Source: Auanema rhodensis (Eukaryota > Animalia > Nematoda). Taken from it: 64,000 nt of DNA. The notes beneath the pieces were generated by a model. That model had not been told where the DNA came from and did not search any database. It saw nothing but the letters and a program-made list of their open reading frames with translations. The stretch lies in NCBI GenBank assembly GCA_964057225.1, contig OZ059898.1, forward strand, positions 4,278,001-4,342,000. Direction: 5' to 3'. Position numbers and translations under genes: made by a program. Positions 31,620 to 44,189 of this stretch are shown here, piece by piece; within the stretch, counting starts at the first letter, position 1; each line of letters begins with the position of its first letter.

Positions 31620-31814
31620 AGAAGCTAAAAAAAAGCAAAGAAATAACTAAAGAAATAAACAAAAAATAATCTGCAGTTGGTATATGACCAGGCAAATATT
31701 CTGAATTACGATAAAAAAGCATTTATAACAGAAACAACACATATGATAACAATGAATATGAACATAACTATATTACTTCTATTAATATTCCAACTATTAA
31801 ACACTATAACCCGT

Positions 31815-33425
31815 TTATTTTTTTACCTTGGCAATCTTAGCCTTGGTTTTATCTCTTCCAACACTCTTTTTGGTATCTGCATCAGTAAACAAAATGGAAG
31901 GTGAAGAGAACTGGAACATTTCGGGAATAAAAGCTTCGGGAGATTTTGATCCAACATTTTCATCTTCCTCCACAATTTTCTCCAAGGTCGGAGACCAAGT
32001 TGGAAGAGGTCCATTCTAGAACGCGGTAACTATTTTAGATCATAAACAATTAAACATACGTTTATTTTTTTATGAACTTGTAAGCAGTCTTTCAATTGAA
32101 GGATATCTCCGACTTCCCCAGGTACACTACCCTTTACATATATAACTTGCTTCTCAAAATTCATTCTAACTATCTAGAAAATGAACTGAACAATAAAAAC
32201 ATGAAACAATTGTTACCTTCAAACCACTGACTGTAACCCATTCATAGCCCATATGACCAGGCATTCTTTTTCCTGGCCAAATACGTGCATCACCAACTGA
32301 TCCTACTGATCCAATACGACGATGAGATTTTGTTGTTCTAAATATAAATAGAAACATGAAATCAGAAATAAATCTACCTTCTCTTTGGCTGACCACGCAT
32401 TCCCCATCTATGCATTCCACCTTGGAAACCCCAGTCAATCGACTTTCCGGTAACGGTGATAAACTGACCAATATTGAAGTGACGGATATCCAAAGGAGTA
32501 CCAACAGCAGGAACGGCATCATCCGTAACCTAATTAATGATGTGTTAATTTGTAGAAATATAAAAGATAATACCAAAAAAGAACCCAAATGTTCTTTCAA
32601 GGGAACACCTGCGCGTAAAAATTGTTGTCTGTAAGCATTAGTGAAACGACGTCCTGTGGAATCTACAGCACCAACAGTAACCTAATATATTCAATGATAA
32701 ATAAGGAATTTAATATGTTGAGAACCTTCCATAATGGACCTTCCCTGTTGAATGCTTTGCGCTTTCCAATCAAGCTAGATTTATACCAATTTTCGGGAGA
32801 AACTGCACTCACGACATGATTCTAGAATAATGAACCTTAATTTTCAAACTCAAACAGCGGTAAATACATCTGCAAGTTCTAATAAAGTGCATAACATCCT
32901 CTCCCCTGTGTTAGTCCATTGAGGCATCATGCCGATTTTTCGGACCAATAATCCTTCAACAAGATATGAAATATAAAAAAAAAAGATGTGCCCTAACCCA
33001 CTCTCCTCGTGTCAACAGATATATCTACAACTTCAACAGGCGAAGATTGCATTTTTTCTTGTACCTCTTTAGACATTTTTAATCCTTCCAGTTGAGAAAC
33101 TTTCTTCATTAAAGCCCTTAACCAGTAAACATTTTTATTCCGGTGATCATATAGCTTACTTATTACTATCATCGATTAAATCAGAATGAGATTTTTCATA
33201 TACAGGAGGAACCCATGGTGGAGGTGTCAACGTACGCCGTTTTCCTGAAAAACAGGCAACATCACAATTCCATAACAGAATACACAGAGAATAGAATTCC
33301 ATGCGAATTTTTGAAAAAAATGGCTCACCTCTAGACTGAGATACGCAAGGAGAATAGAAAAGTAATAATTTTTGACCTGACTCGCAACTGGGACTTATCA
33401 GAGAGGACACAGCCGCTCGAAGCAT
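31815..33425 (-). CDS. mrpl-3: Mitochondrial ribosomal protein uL3m
   Basis: KIGMMPQWT; [30 protein letters not shown]; [11 protein letters not shown]. Confidence 0.92.
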
Positions 33426-33849
33426 TGTCCTTAACGAAAAATTCATAACAAATAATAAAAATTAAATGAAAAGCAATAAAAGTACATTAAGAAATCTGTC
33501 TCTCAAAAAAACATTAAATACGTTAAAAAAAGGCTCACTTAACCCAAACTAGCAATGCAAAGCTTGAACTCGATAATTTTAAATAACAATTTAAGAAAAT
33601 CTTGATTTTGAAGTGCTAGTTCATCCAAGGAGCGCAGACAAGCATTCGATTTGAATTGGGACAACTAGAATTAGCGATGGAGCGCACTCTGTCATTCATC
33701 TATATACGTTGTAATGACTTATTGTTTTTTACATGAGTATTCATATTTATCCAATATATATATATATATATATATATGAAGATGAAAATGTTTTATCAGC
33801 AGAACAAAAAAAAATAACATAGTTTTATAAATAAGTTTTTCCATTGTTT

Positions 33850-35366
33850 TCACGCTTCAGGATTTTACTCCAACTATCATCAAGGTAAGGCATCTGAAAA
33901 TTTCATCAAAAAGATTACTTCTAAGGATAAAAACAAACTTTTACTATTTTGTTATAAGAACATAATTGAGATCCTTTTATCTGCAATGAAAGTCAACTTG
34001 AAAACACATGAAAGAAATATCACTTACATGTGTATCCTCTATCGATTCCGAAGCTGTTTGCGAAGAAATAACCTGAAGTTATTATTATAATTTCCGCTTG
34101 AGCTCGACACTATTTTAAATGTTTTACCTGTTTTTCGGGTTCGGAGGACACGGGCGAAGTTTGCATTGGTATTCTTTCAAGGGGTGAGTTTAAAAGTTAC
34201 TAGTTTTCATGCTTACCTTGGCTTGTGTTCTATGGGACTGAACGCAATATTAGCACTCTTAGGATTTTGAGTATATTTTCTTTGCTCGGGATTGTGGTTT
34301 ATTTTTTCGAGATACTAAGATCAGTATTCATGTTAATGTAAAGCTAAAAGTACAAACGGTTCTAATAAGTTGTCTTCCTGATTCTGTCGATTTGAGATTG
34401 TCCATGCTGCCATCAAAGAATATACAGCATATCTAAATGACTAACTATTGTAAACACGGAATTAGATCCAATTTTTACCGCAGATACTAAGAAGTTCACG
34501 ATATGAAAAATTAGAACTAGCATAGAAGTGGATATTGTTGTTTCATCGAGACTGATATTCGGAAGTAGACAACGTACACCAGCTCTGTTATAATAAATAT
34601 ATAATTGAATTTTAAAACGACAAACCCTTCATCACACGAAAACTTTTTCGACGATTTTGAATCTCCAATACTTATGTTGCCGATATCGTAGAGTATTGTA
34701 ATGATATATACGATTAACAAAAGAATCCTACAAGCTGCAATAGTTAAAAAAGTAATAATACAATTTGTACTATTCAACCATATTTGGTAGATGTTATCGA
34801 TATTGCAACAAGTACAAGAAGTATGGCCTGGAATATTTTGAGTATATATATTTTTTGAGGTGCAGAAACCTCGATTGCGAATTGAAGTAGAAAAAACCGT
34901 TTGTTTATGTTGTGGTCAAAAAATGAATAAAGACCCCCCGATAGAACAAAAAAAAGGTTAAGGGCTTGTATACCAGCGGACAAAAGATATAATGAATCTA
35001 GCAATTTTTGACGCTTCTCAGCTTGAAGTAATATTTGCCTAAACTGTGTGATTAAACAGGTATGTATAATTTAAAGGTACGCGGTACGTCTTCTCTCTTC
35101 AGTTTCAGAAAAAATTCTAGCTTGTTCTTTTTTTCTTTCCCTATGCCTAAGAAAAAACGAAATATACTAAGCACTAGTAGATCGTTTTTTACTCTTCCAA
35201 TGTTTTTCTTTGGTTTGATTTTTCTGTATGGTAGTTTCTGTAACTAGCCCGACTAAAGTTATTTACATCTAAAAATAAAAAAGTCTTTTTTGGGAAATTT
35301 CTACATATTCACAAACGTTTTTCCGTGTCGTGGTGAATATGAGAATGATCTCGTAAGCTTGACATA
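33850..35366 (-). CDS. Unknown multi-pass membrane protein; exon boundaries approximate
   Basis: Several hydrophobic exons (QALNLFFVLSGG, FQAILLVLVAISI, CRILLLIVYIITILY) separated by short GT-AG introns. Confidence 0.45.
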
Positions 35367-35734
35367 TTGTTTCTTTATCAATACTTAACTATATTTGTTT
35401 TATCATAGTAATTTAAAGAAAAATACATTTAATAGTTTCAAAATAAATGAATATTTGTAAACTTCTTAAGTGTTAAAAATAAAATAAAAATTATCTGACC
35501 TCTCTTAAACCGATTACTAATTATTTTACATTTGAAATAATGTAGCGCTGGCGTAGAATTTCACGTGAGAATATGCTAAATATTACCATTCAAATCTATT
35601 ATAAGTTTTTCATAATGTTTTTATTTACTTATTCTTGTATAAACATTAGTTTTCATAAAATATATCATTAAGTAAAAAAAAACTGATTCATTTTATTTCA
35701 TTAAGCATTAGCCAGAGCTGCATGAAATTGTTAT

Positions 35735-37765
35735 TTAACAATCCAAATTATTATCTGAAAGAAACATTTTAGTTTTGATTATAAATTATCTAAATTACTA
35801 GGCATAGCAACACCAGGAGTGAATGCATATGATTGATGAGGTCCATATCCGTAGACAATAGCTCTGTAATTGTTGATGAAATGAGTAAGAACTGCTAAGC
35901 TTACGAGTATGACAATAAACTGCCACATTTAATAGTATGTTGTCCTTTATCAATAGGCACATCCACAAAATAATAATGTCCTCGCCCCATTCTAAAAACG
36001 GTGTTAATTATGTTTTTTGGATAGTATATCTTGCCTTTTATAAAGCAAACCATTGGGCTGATAGGAATCAACACGAATTTTACCGATTGTTGAATCATCC
36101 GTAATAATTCTAACATAATGATTCGTAATTTGATCCGAATTAGCATCAGTTCTGAGAGTTTTTCAGTTATTAATATTAAAGAATTATACTCCTACGAAAA
36201 AGTTAAATCAAGGCCTATAAAGTTTTCTGTAGATGGAATATGTGCATAGAAAGGCGCTCCTAATCCTGCTGTGTTGGTATTACCAATCTATAAAAACGTT
36301 TATTAAACTTTTTTATTATTGTGCCATGTAGAATCTTACTGCAGTTACATAAATGGGGTTACTGGCTTGGATATTATATCCACTAGTTGTATTAAGAATG
36401 AGATATTCATCACGATAGAAGGAAGCACCAGGATATTTAACATTGTCAAGGTACAGAGTAGTTTTATCACTCTATATTTTTTCATATATTCATATACTTA
36501 AACATTCAAGAAATGGGTGTAATACCTGGAAGCGCACAATAACTTCACCAGTATTTTGTGGCAAAAATTTGTAAAATGGAACTTGTATTCCGAATCCTCC
36601 ATCTGGATAAAGCATCGCTGCCTGACATTCAATTTAATTTTTTTAAAATGTAGATACAAACCTCATAACTACACTTTTCAGGATTAATATAACTGTATCC
36701 ACAAACATTAGCAACGAAAACTGCTACTACAGAACTACTATTAACCCATATAGAATTAACAAAAAGGCTAGTAGAAACAGTTAACTAAAATGTTTTTGTT
36801 TTTTATTTTCATTTTCATTTGGCAAATTCAACCGTTTCTCCACTGTTAAGAACATATTGAGAAGCTAAAAGTCCATTTAGGGCAACCTTAAGTTTTAGAT
36901 AAGCAATTAAAGAAACTAGATGAAGGGATTATACTGTAGTACTATCTTGAATAGCTATGATGGTTATAATATTAGTATTATTAGCTTTGACAGAGTGAGG
37001 GGATGATTGATCTCCAATGACGGCGTAGCTTGTTGACAGTTTGCAAACCTGATGTAGAATTGTTTTAAAATTTGCATGAGCTGATTAAAAACAAACGGGA
37101 ATCACAGAAAAAGTATCGCCACCTTCATTATCAGAGCGGAAGTTTGAAACAACTAAAGAAATTGGCGAATCTGATACAACAGATATAGACTTAAAATAAA
37201 TAATTGAAGTGAAGTATACATATACTTCGAGATTACCTTATTTTCTTTAATACTTTTTCCGTTCTGGGAATCCATATAATTAGTTTGAATGTCGACAGGA
37301 CTTATGTTAATCTTCAAAAACAATATTCTACTTTACTAATATGAAACTCTAATCTACCGTGACAGTAGTATTTTTTGCAATTGTTTGGTGAATAGGTACA
37401 AAGTTAGCATATTTACTCTTTATATCTATAATTGCATCTGATGTTGATGATGGATTAACTATAGTTAATGTTAATTTCTCTGTATAGCTTTTGTCACTTG
37501 CAGATAAATGACTAAAATTATTCTTTCAAATAAATAACAAAAAAATGTTTAGTACCTGTTAGGAATGGCGAAAACGAAATTCGTACCCACGTTTTGACTA
37601 AAAATTCTTTCTTGAAAGTATTTCGTATGTTCTTCTGGCAACTCGTTAATATGCCCTGTAATATATATCATATTTAATATAATTGATTTTCAAAAATAGT
37701 ATATGTATACCTCTATATCCTAGACAAGAAACGATGCTTAAAAAAAGACATAGAATTTGTCTCAT
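35735..37765 (-). CDS. Secreted protein with an IgGFc-binding-protein N-terminal-like domain
   Basis: Signal peptide MRQILCLFLSIVSCLG; NVGTNFVFAIP; SISVVSDSPISLVVSN..GDTFSVIP; YGYGPHQSYAFTPG. Confidence 0.7.
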
Positions 37766-37853
37766 TCTTTACAATTTTTGACTAAAATATATTTTTATTG
37801 AAGATTTCGAAAATAAATAAAAAAAAGAAAAATAAATAAATAAAAAAGATTGA

Positions 37854-39568
37854 ACGTAGTTTCAAGTTAAGAATATTATTTAGATATTTTCAATACAATA
37901 TTCTTATGAATTAGGAATTCTTCTTATCATACTTATCAGTATGAAGCACTTTCAAAGCCGTAAACTCCATTGCATGCCTGATCAGATTAAAAACGATTGA
38001 CTTTATAATTTACAGCTGATCTATTTCATTTTTTCTATAAATCCAGCTTTAGTTGAACAATATTATATGTACATATCTATATTTTTTTGAAGATTGAATG
38101 ATTGTTATATTGCTCTGGAATTCCGAAACGCTTCTTTATTTAGATTATTGTACTAAATAGGTATTAATTTGTTTTATCATTTTCAATTTCTTTGCTAAAG
38201 TCAAACATTTTAATTTTAAGCTAGTATTACACATAAACAAATGAATTGTTATTAAATGAAATGTTCACGAGATCTCAATATTCTATATTCCGTTCGTTGA
38301 TCAGCTACAAGCTTTCCAAAAACTGGACAGCAAATGGATAACATACAACATATTGCCGAAACAGCCATGGCCCATCCAACTCTGCAAGCAATTAATATTC
38401 CATTTCTTTGAAAAAATATTTTTAAATGTTTCACATATTGATGTATATGTATATATTCTTGTATGAAATATATGGAAAGCCAGTTTCAATTTAAGAGACA
38501 AGTTAGAATAACTGAAAAACAAAGGCTTGTCAAATTCTAAATGGTTCCAATTGAACCAATAGAATGTTTGAAAATGAAGATTGCTATCTTATGATCGATA
38601 GCTTATGTTACTATGCTATCCATGAATATGAAAAATAGAAATATACAAGAGCTAATTAGGGTATTGATATTTCTTACCTGCAATATGAAGATCGCAATAG
38701 TTGCGAGATGGTACAATCAATATCTGTCATATCTAGAGTTACTGTAAACAGGCAAATGGTCATAAGTAAAGCTGAAATTCAAAAGATAAGATAGAAATGA
38801 AACTATTTTCACCTGCAACAATCTGAACATTTGCTATAAATTGAATTGGTTTAGCATTGTGTGAGCACAGAAGGATTACTATCAAAGCTAGAGATGATAG
38901 GGCAAAAAGCAATGTTCCAATTAAATTAGAAAAAAATGGGATCAAATCTGATGTAGGGCGTAGGACACATTCATAAGAACTACAGACCACAAATAAACCC
39001 TACAAAATAACCTATTCATTTGCTGGATATTTTTAATTCGTTTTATTCAAAAATTTTCAATTAGGTTTTATAAGTATAAATGCTGTTGATGTTATTTGAA
39101 ATATATAGTTCATTTTTTGTTTTATTATTACATTTAATATGGAATATAAAATTTATCCATCATAGATATAAATATATTATTATATGTGTTGATGTTGAGA
39201 ATTGTAGGTATGTTAAATTGAAAGCATGAGCATTGAAGTATAGAAAAGAAATGAGATCTTCTATGATGTCAGACGAGTAATTCTAATAATTTCCGGAACT
39301 TCATGAATAAGCTCATATATAATTGGAACAAGCTACATATAATTATAAATTCTCAAACAACTTTCAAAAGCTTAACAGATTGATCTACTGCGAAAACACT
39401 TTTCTATACTATTAAAACTGATTTTCTTATATTTGTGTACATATAAGTATAAAAAAATTAAATAAACATACTTGTATATTATATCCATTGACAATCCATT
39501 CTGGTTGAGATAATGCTAACAATTGTAGAAATGAAATTATCAGAGAGAATAACAACCACACAAAGCAT
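37854..39568. repeat. Copy 1 of a 1,715-bp direct duplication
   Basis: Matches 44190-45904 (offset 6336). I saw no mismatches by eye, and the ORF track gives identical ORFs in both copies. Confidence 0.97.
38252..39568 (-). pseudogene. 5'-truncated duplicate of the LHFPL/claudin-like gene, lacking start codon and promoter
   Basis: Identity to the intact copy ends inside codon 4 (MNVL missing). Confidence 0.85.
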
Positions 39569-39618
39569 TAATTATCTCATTTTTTCATTATACATTTATA
39601 AAAAGCAAACTAATATAT

Positions 39619-40434
39619 TTAAACGGAAACGGAGTACTCAGACTTAAAACAGAAGCCACCAAGATTGATAGAGTGTGGTGATACCTTTTTAACCGTAACA
39701 TTTTGTTCTCTCCCGACGATAAAAGTCGTCTCGAATTCATCCCACAGCTTCCGTTGATCAAAATTGTCGAATTCTTTCACAAAAGTCTCAACATTGGTGA
39801 TGATTTGTTCGTATTCGTTTGAGCTGAAGTTCCATGACCCGTACACATCTTGGTGCATTCTAAACTTATTTAATAAATTCTATAAACTTAAGCAACTTAC
39901 TTCTCGGCTTCCTTCCAGCAGTCATCGAGGAAAAAAGCACGATCCATTGTTAATCCAGAATGAGCAAGCGCGAATCGACAGAAATAATTTAAAGCTTTAT
40001 GTGACTTTAAATTAATACATGAAACACTCAGATAAAGCATTCAATAAGCGATAAATAATACCTCCTAAAGATAAAAAAAGCTTCTTTACGGTATAGACCG
40101 CGGCGAACCAAATTTTCTCTGATGATTGAACCAAGTCCGGTGGTGATTGGGACAAATAGAAGCGAGCTTTTTCAATTAAAGTCGTTGCCGTGTACTGTTC
40201 CATTTCCTTCTGAAAAACAAAATAACTATTAAAAAGTGTTGTTAACTCTTAGTTTTATTTTTAAAAAGCTTATTAGCATTCATTAAAAAAGATTTAAATA
40301 AATCATACCTTGGACTCCCAACATTCTAAGTCGTCAATGGTGACGTTTTCATTAAAATATTTGAGCACATCGTCGAACTTCGTCTCGTCTACACAGATCA
40401 ACTCAACACCATTAACGAGAAACTTCTTCGACAT
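39619..40434 (-). CDS. PaREP1-like HEPN-domain protein; 4 exons (40434-40309, 40209-40062, 40018-39901, 39859-39619), about 210 aa; probably inactivated because intron 2 ends CAT, not CAG
   Basis: The spliced product contains DLVQSSEKIWFAAVYTVKKL, KSHKAL and WKEAEKMHQDVY...IITNVETFV. A TTTCAG acceptor lies 2 nt before the ATG. Confidence 0.75.
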
Positions 40435-41078
40435 TCCTGAAATAAAAATTTTAATTATTAAAGATGAACGAAAAATACAAATAAAATATTCGGTTTGAAA
40501 CAAGCGACTAGACAGTAAAAAATTTCGAGAGAGAGGCATTTTATCAAAGATAAATGAAACAGTAAAAATAGTTAGGGTTAACTTTTCCTCTAAAAAGAGC
40601 TCTACTCGAATGCGATGTTAACAGTTTCTCTCCTTCCTATAATGCGTTTGTGTGTCGCGTTGCGTGCGCCTAGTGCAGCATACAGCCTTTTTTTTTTTTA
40701 AATTTCATAAGTTTCGTAAGGTCACATAGTATAAATTCAGTCAAAATATATGTTAATATAAAGAAAACTGATTTCAATATTATTTCTAAATTTATAAGAA
40801 AAAATAGTGTTTTTGATTTAACAAAATTTGAGATTAGGAACATGTTAAATCATTTAAAATATTTTAAAATGATTCTAAGCACAAATTTCAATCAATAACT
40901 GAGTTTTTTTCTGGATCCATAGCTTCAAACAAGCAAGCTTAAGCATCTGAATCTTACTGAATTCGTTGAATCGTTGGGATTTGGTAGTATTGTTTGTTAA
41001 TCTATCTTCCTGAAGTTCTTGAACTACTTTGACTACTTTGACTTTGTGAAGTATTTTGATTTTTAGACTTTTAGAATT

Positions 41079-41771
41079 TCATTTATCACTAGTATCAGCA
41101 TTGTATCTTTTACTTTTATCAAATCTTTGATACAATGCATTCGAGCATAATAAGATATCACGATAATTCTGAGTATCTTTTTTCTTAATTTTATTGAGAT
41201 CTGGAGATTTTTTAGTTAAGAATTCCATAAGACCAGGAGTTGCTTTATATTCTGCATTAACAATTTTCATTGTATTATCATCAAAAATTACTTCTTTTGT
41301 TCCCTCGTAGGAGTACCTTATTGAACATCCTGCATTACTTTTATCTCTAGGATCTTGAAGATAAGTTGCAATTAAATTACTTACTTTGATTGTAGAATCT
41401 TTGATTCCTGGACCAGTATTTTTTGGTGATTGAATTTGCTTCAATGGAATACTTTGTAAAATTTGTGGTTGTCCTTTAATTTCTGAAAGACTTTGAATTC
41501 CTTTGAAGCTGTTGAGAGTTTGAACTATCTTATTCTTTTCATCAATAATCTCTTCCTGTAGTTTCATATTTGATTCTAGTATGGGTTTGAATACTTCTAC
41601 GCGATGATCGTTTACGTTTTCTAAGTCTGAGCGTTCTTGTAGATTCTTTAGGTTATGTTCTTTTCTACTCTTTAGAAAAGAGTGAACTATCTCATTCCTC
41701 TTCTTAGAGTCATAGATTTCTACCAATCCTGTGGATCTAGGAAATTTGGTTTCTGTTATTGTGGAAGGCAT
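41079..41771 (-). CDS. Intronless Maverick-associated hypothetical protein, possibly degenerate
   Basis: DSKKRNEIVHSFL..NLQER..FKPILES and YKATPGLMEFLTKKSP..DTQNYRDIL..SNA resemble conserved Maverick accessory ORFs. It lies next to pPolB. Confidence 0.6.
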   Translation of the reverse strand: MPSTITETKFPRSTGLVEIYDSKKRNEIVHSFLKSRKEHNLKNLQERSDLENVNDHRVEVFKPILESNMKLQEEIIDEKNKIVQTLNSFKGIQSLSEIKGQPQILQSIPLKQIQSPKNTGPGIKDSTIKVSNLIATYLQDPRDKSNAGCSIRYSYEGTKEVIFDDNTMKIVNAEYKATPGLMEFLTKKSPDLNKIKKKDTQNYRDILLCSNALYQRFDKSKRYNADTSDK

Positions 41772-41815
41772 TTTTGAAAAAGTAATTTATTTATAAAAAA
41801 TTATTCTATTTATAA

Positions 41816-42049
41816 ATGGAAGAAATTACTGAAGCTTTCCAAAAAGTAAGTTTCCAAAATCTTTCTTTAAGTGAAGAAGATCTAAAGAAAGTGAAAAGAG
41901 AGGAAGTTCGTAGAAAAGTTGCAATGATTGGAAGTGAATTGAGAAAATACATCCTCAAATCTAGAGAAATACAGACTATGAAAAAGCAAGAAATGATTGT
42001 TTTCATTATGAAGTTTAAAGACATTACTTTCGCTGAATCTGAAATTTGA
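41816..42049 (+). CDS. Small intronless ORF inside the Maverick remnant, function unknown
   Basis: 77-aa ATG ORF, divergent from the 230-aa ORF across a 44-bp AT-rich spacer. Confidence 0.35.
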   Translation: MEEITEAFQKVSFQNLSLSEEDLKKVKREEVRRKVAMIGSELRKYILKSREIQTMKKQEMIVFIMKFKDITFAESEI

Positions 42050-42133
42050 ATTTTTCTTTAAAAAAAATTTTTCTTCATTAAAGGAAGTGTTGAATCTTTT
42101 TAAGATTTTGAAAAAGTAATTATTTCTGAGAAA

Positions 42134-43760
42134 AATGTCAAGAGATGATTTTCGTGAAGAAGTCATTAAACTTCTTGATATAATGTTCGGAGGTGTAAAA
42201 AGTAAAAGAATCTTTAAATCACATAAGATCTATGAGTACCTCAGAACTTCTGGCATTTATTAGAGAACATTTACAAATAAACCGAAATTAGAGATGTTCC
42301 AATTGATATGATGTTCCAATTGATATTAAAGAAATATTTCCTCATGATGATCTTATTTTTAGTGATTACAAAGAAGCGCAGAAAGGAGTAGTAAGAACAA
42401 CAACTTATAGAAATAAAGGAAAAGATATAAATTTCGAAAAATATTTTGACTTTTTTGATAAAAGAGGAATCAAATATTATATGAAAATCATCACAAAAAT
42501 TATAAATTTTTTCTTTGGAAAGAACAAAAATTTTGTGATCAATGATATTCGAAGTGATACTAGTGTCAAAATACATTTGAAACTAGAATTTAGACAATCG
42601 AAAGACTCTGTGGAGGAAAACTTTGCTGTCAGTTCTGAAACTAAAGAATTGTGTATTGGTGAAGATCGTGAAGAATGGTATCAACATGCATGTCAAGAAA
42701 TGATGTGTAATATGGAGAACTTACAATCACTTGGATCAGGATGGACTATTACAGGAATCAATTATCTCCAAATGGATCAAACTATTTGTAATTCACCTAG
42801 TGGTTCTGCTTATATTCCACTTATTGATTGGATTGAAAATAAAAAACTGTGCGTAATATAACAAAGAAAGATAATAAGTGTTTTATGTGGTCTGTGTTGG
42901 CTCATTTGCATGATCATGTCAATGAAGTTTATAAATACAGGCATTTTGAAAATGAATTGAATTTTAATGGACTCTCGTTTCCTATGAAAATCAAAGATAT
43001 TAACAAGTTTGAAAAGATGAATAACCTGGTGGTGAAAGTATTTGGATGTTCTCAGAAATTTAATAAAAATAGCAAGAATATTATCAGGATTAGACCTTCT
43101 GAAAGAATTACTATGGATGATAGTAGAATAGTCAACCTATTTTATCAAGAAGACAGTCAAGGGAATTCTCACTATTCACTAATCACAAATCTGGACAAGT
43201 TACTAAATAAAAGAAGAGAACATCAGAAAAAGTTTTGTGTTAGATGCCATTGTCCTTTTAGTGCGAATATGAATGACAAAACTAGATCAAACATAGACAC
43301 TTGGAAGATCGTGGTAGAAACAAGCCTGTAGAGCACAAATTATCGGACAAAAAATTCAGCAAGTCAAATTGGATCTAAAGGATTATATTGATTATCTGAA
43401 AAAGTTAGATAAAGGTTGCATATTTGAAGTAGATTTAGAATATCTCAAAGAAATACACTCTAGGCATAATGATTTTCCTTTGTGTCCAGAGAATGTAAAA
43501 ATTGATAACGAATCAAAGTTTCTCAGAAATCTCTTACAGTGTCTAAAATTATGTCAAGAATGAACTCACAGTAGATGATTTTAAAAGTTGTTTGTTTCAT
43601 AAAACTATTGTCAGGAAGACGCAGTATTGTATCACGAGTGTTAAACATCAAATATTAACACGATATCAGAATAAAGCTGCTCTGAATAATGACTCTAGTG
43701 ACGTTACATCCTCAAAGATAGTCATTCAACTATGGCTTTTTGTAATTGTCATATTAAACC
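42134..43760 (+). pseudogene. Protein-primed family B DNA polymerase pseudogene with frameshifts, stops and large internal deletions; start approximate
   Basis: GSGWTITGINYL..SGSAYIPLIDWIENKK; DNKCFMWSVLAHL; LSFPMKIKDINKFEKMN; GCIFEVDLEYLKEIHSRHNDFPLCPE; LTVDDFKSCLF..ITSVKHQILT..QNKAAL. Confidence 0.9.
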
Positions 43761-43774
43761 AGAGGTTCTTCTTA

Positions 43775-44105
43775 GAATCTTGAGAATATTGCTTCTGAAA
43801 TCATAAAATTCTAATAACTTCTGAAGTAAAAGACAGTAATAACCACAATCATGTGTTCCAAATTCTTGAATTCGGAAAGTTGAAAGCTCTATTTTATCTT
43901 TTGTATTTCTACTCTTGAGATACTCTTGAAGTTCTAATGGTGGATCTAATCCGAAGGAGTCAAATTAATAAATCTGTTTATTGTTCTTGGAATAACAGAC
44001 CCAATTAGTACCTTTACCTTCAGAAGAATCTAAATTTAAAATTCCTACTTCTCTTTCTTTAATCCCTTGGGTGGTAAAGTGTCTCGCATGAATGTACCTC
44101 GGAAA
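43775..44105 (-). pseudogene. Adenain-like (Maverick PRO) cysteine protease pseudogene, not in the ORF track
   Basis: RGTFMRDTLP/(frameshift)GILNLDSSEGKGTNWVCY...Y*FDSFGLDPPLELQEYL...STFRIQEFGTHDCGYYCL. Confidence 0.88.
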
Positions 44106-44189
44106 TTCTTGATGGTCAAAAAGTGGTCAAAAAGTGTAGAAAACGTCATTTGGGCAAAATGACCGTCCAGCGTCAACCTTTTACATACT

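Noticed and set aside
41816-42049. 77-aa ORF as an antidote for the HEPN gene
   Set aside because: No supporting motif. It is separated from the HEPN gene by another ORF and fits the viral gene block better.
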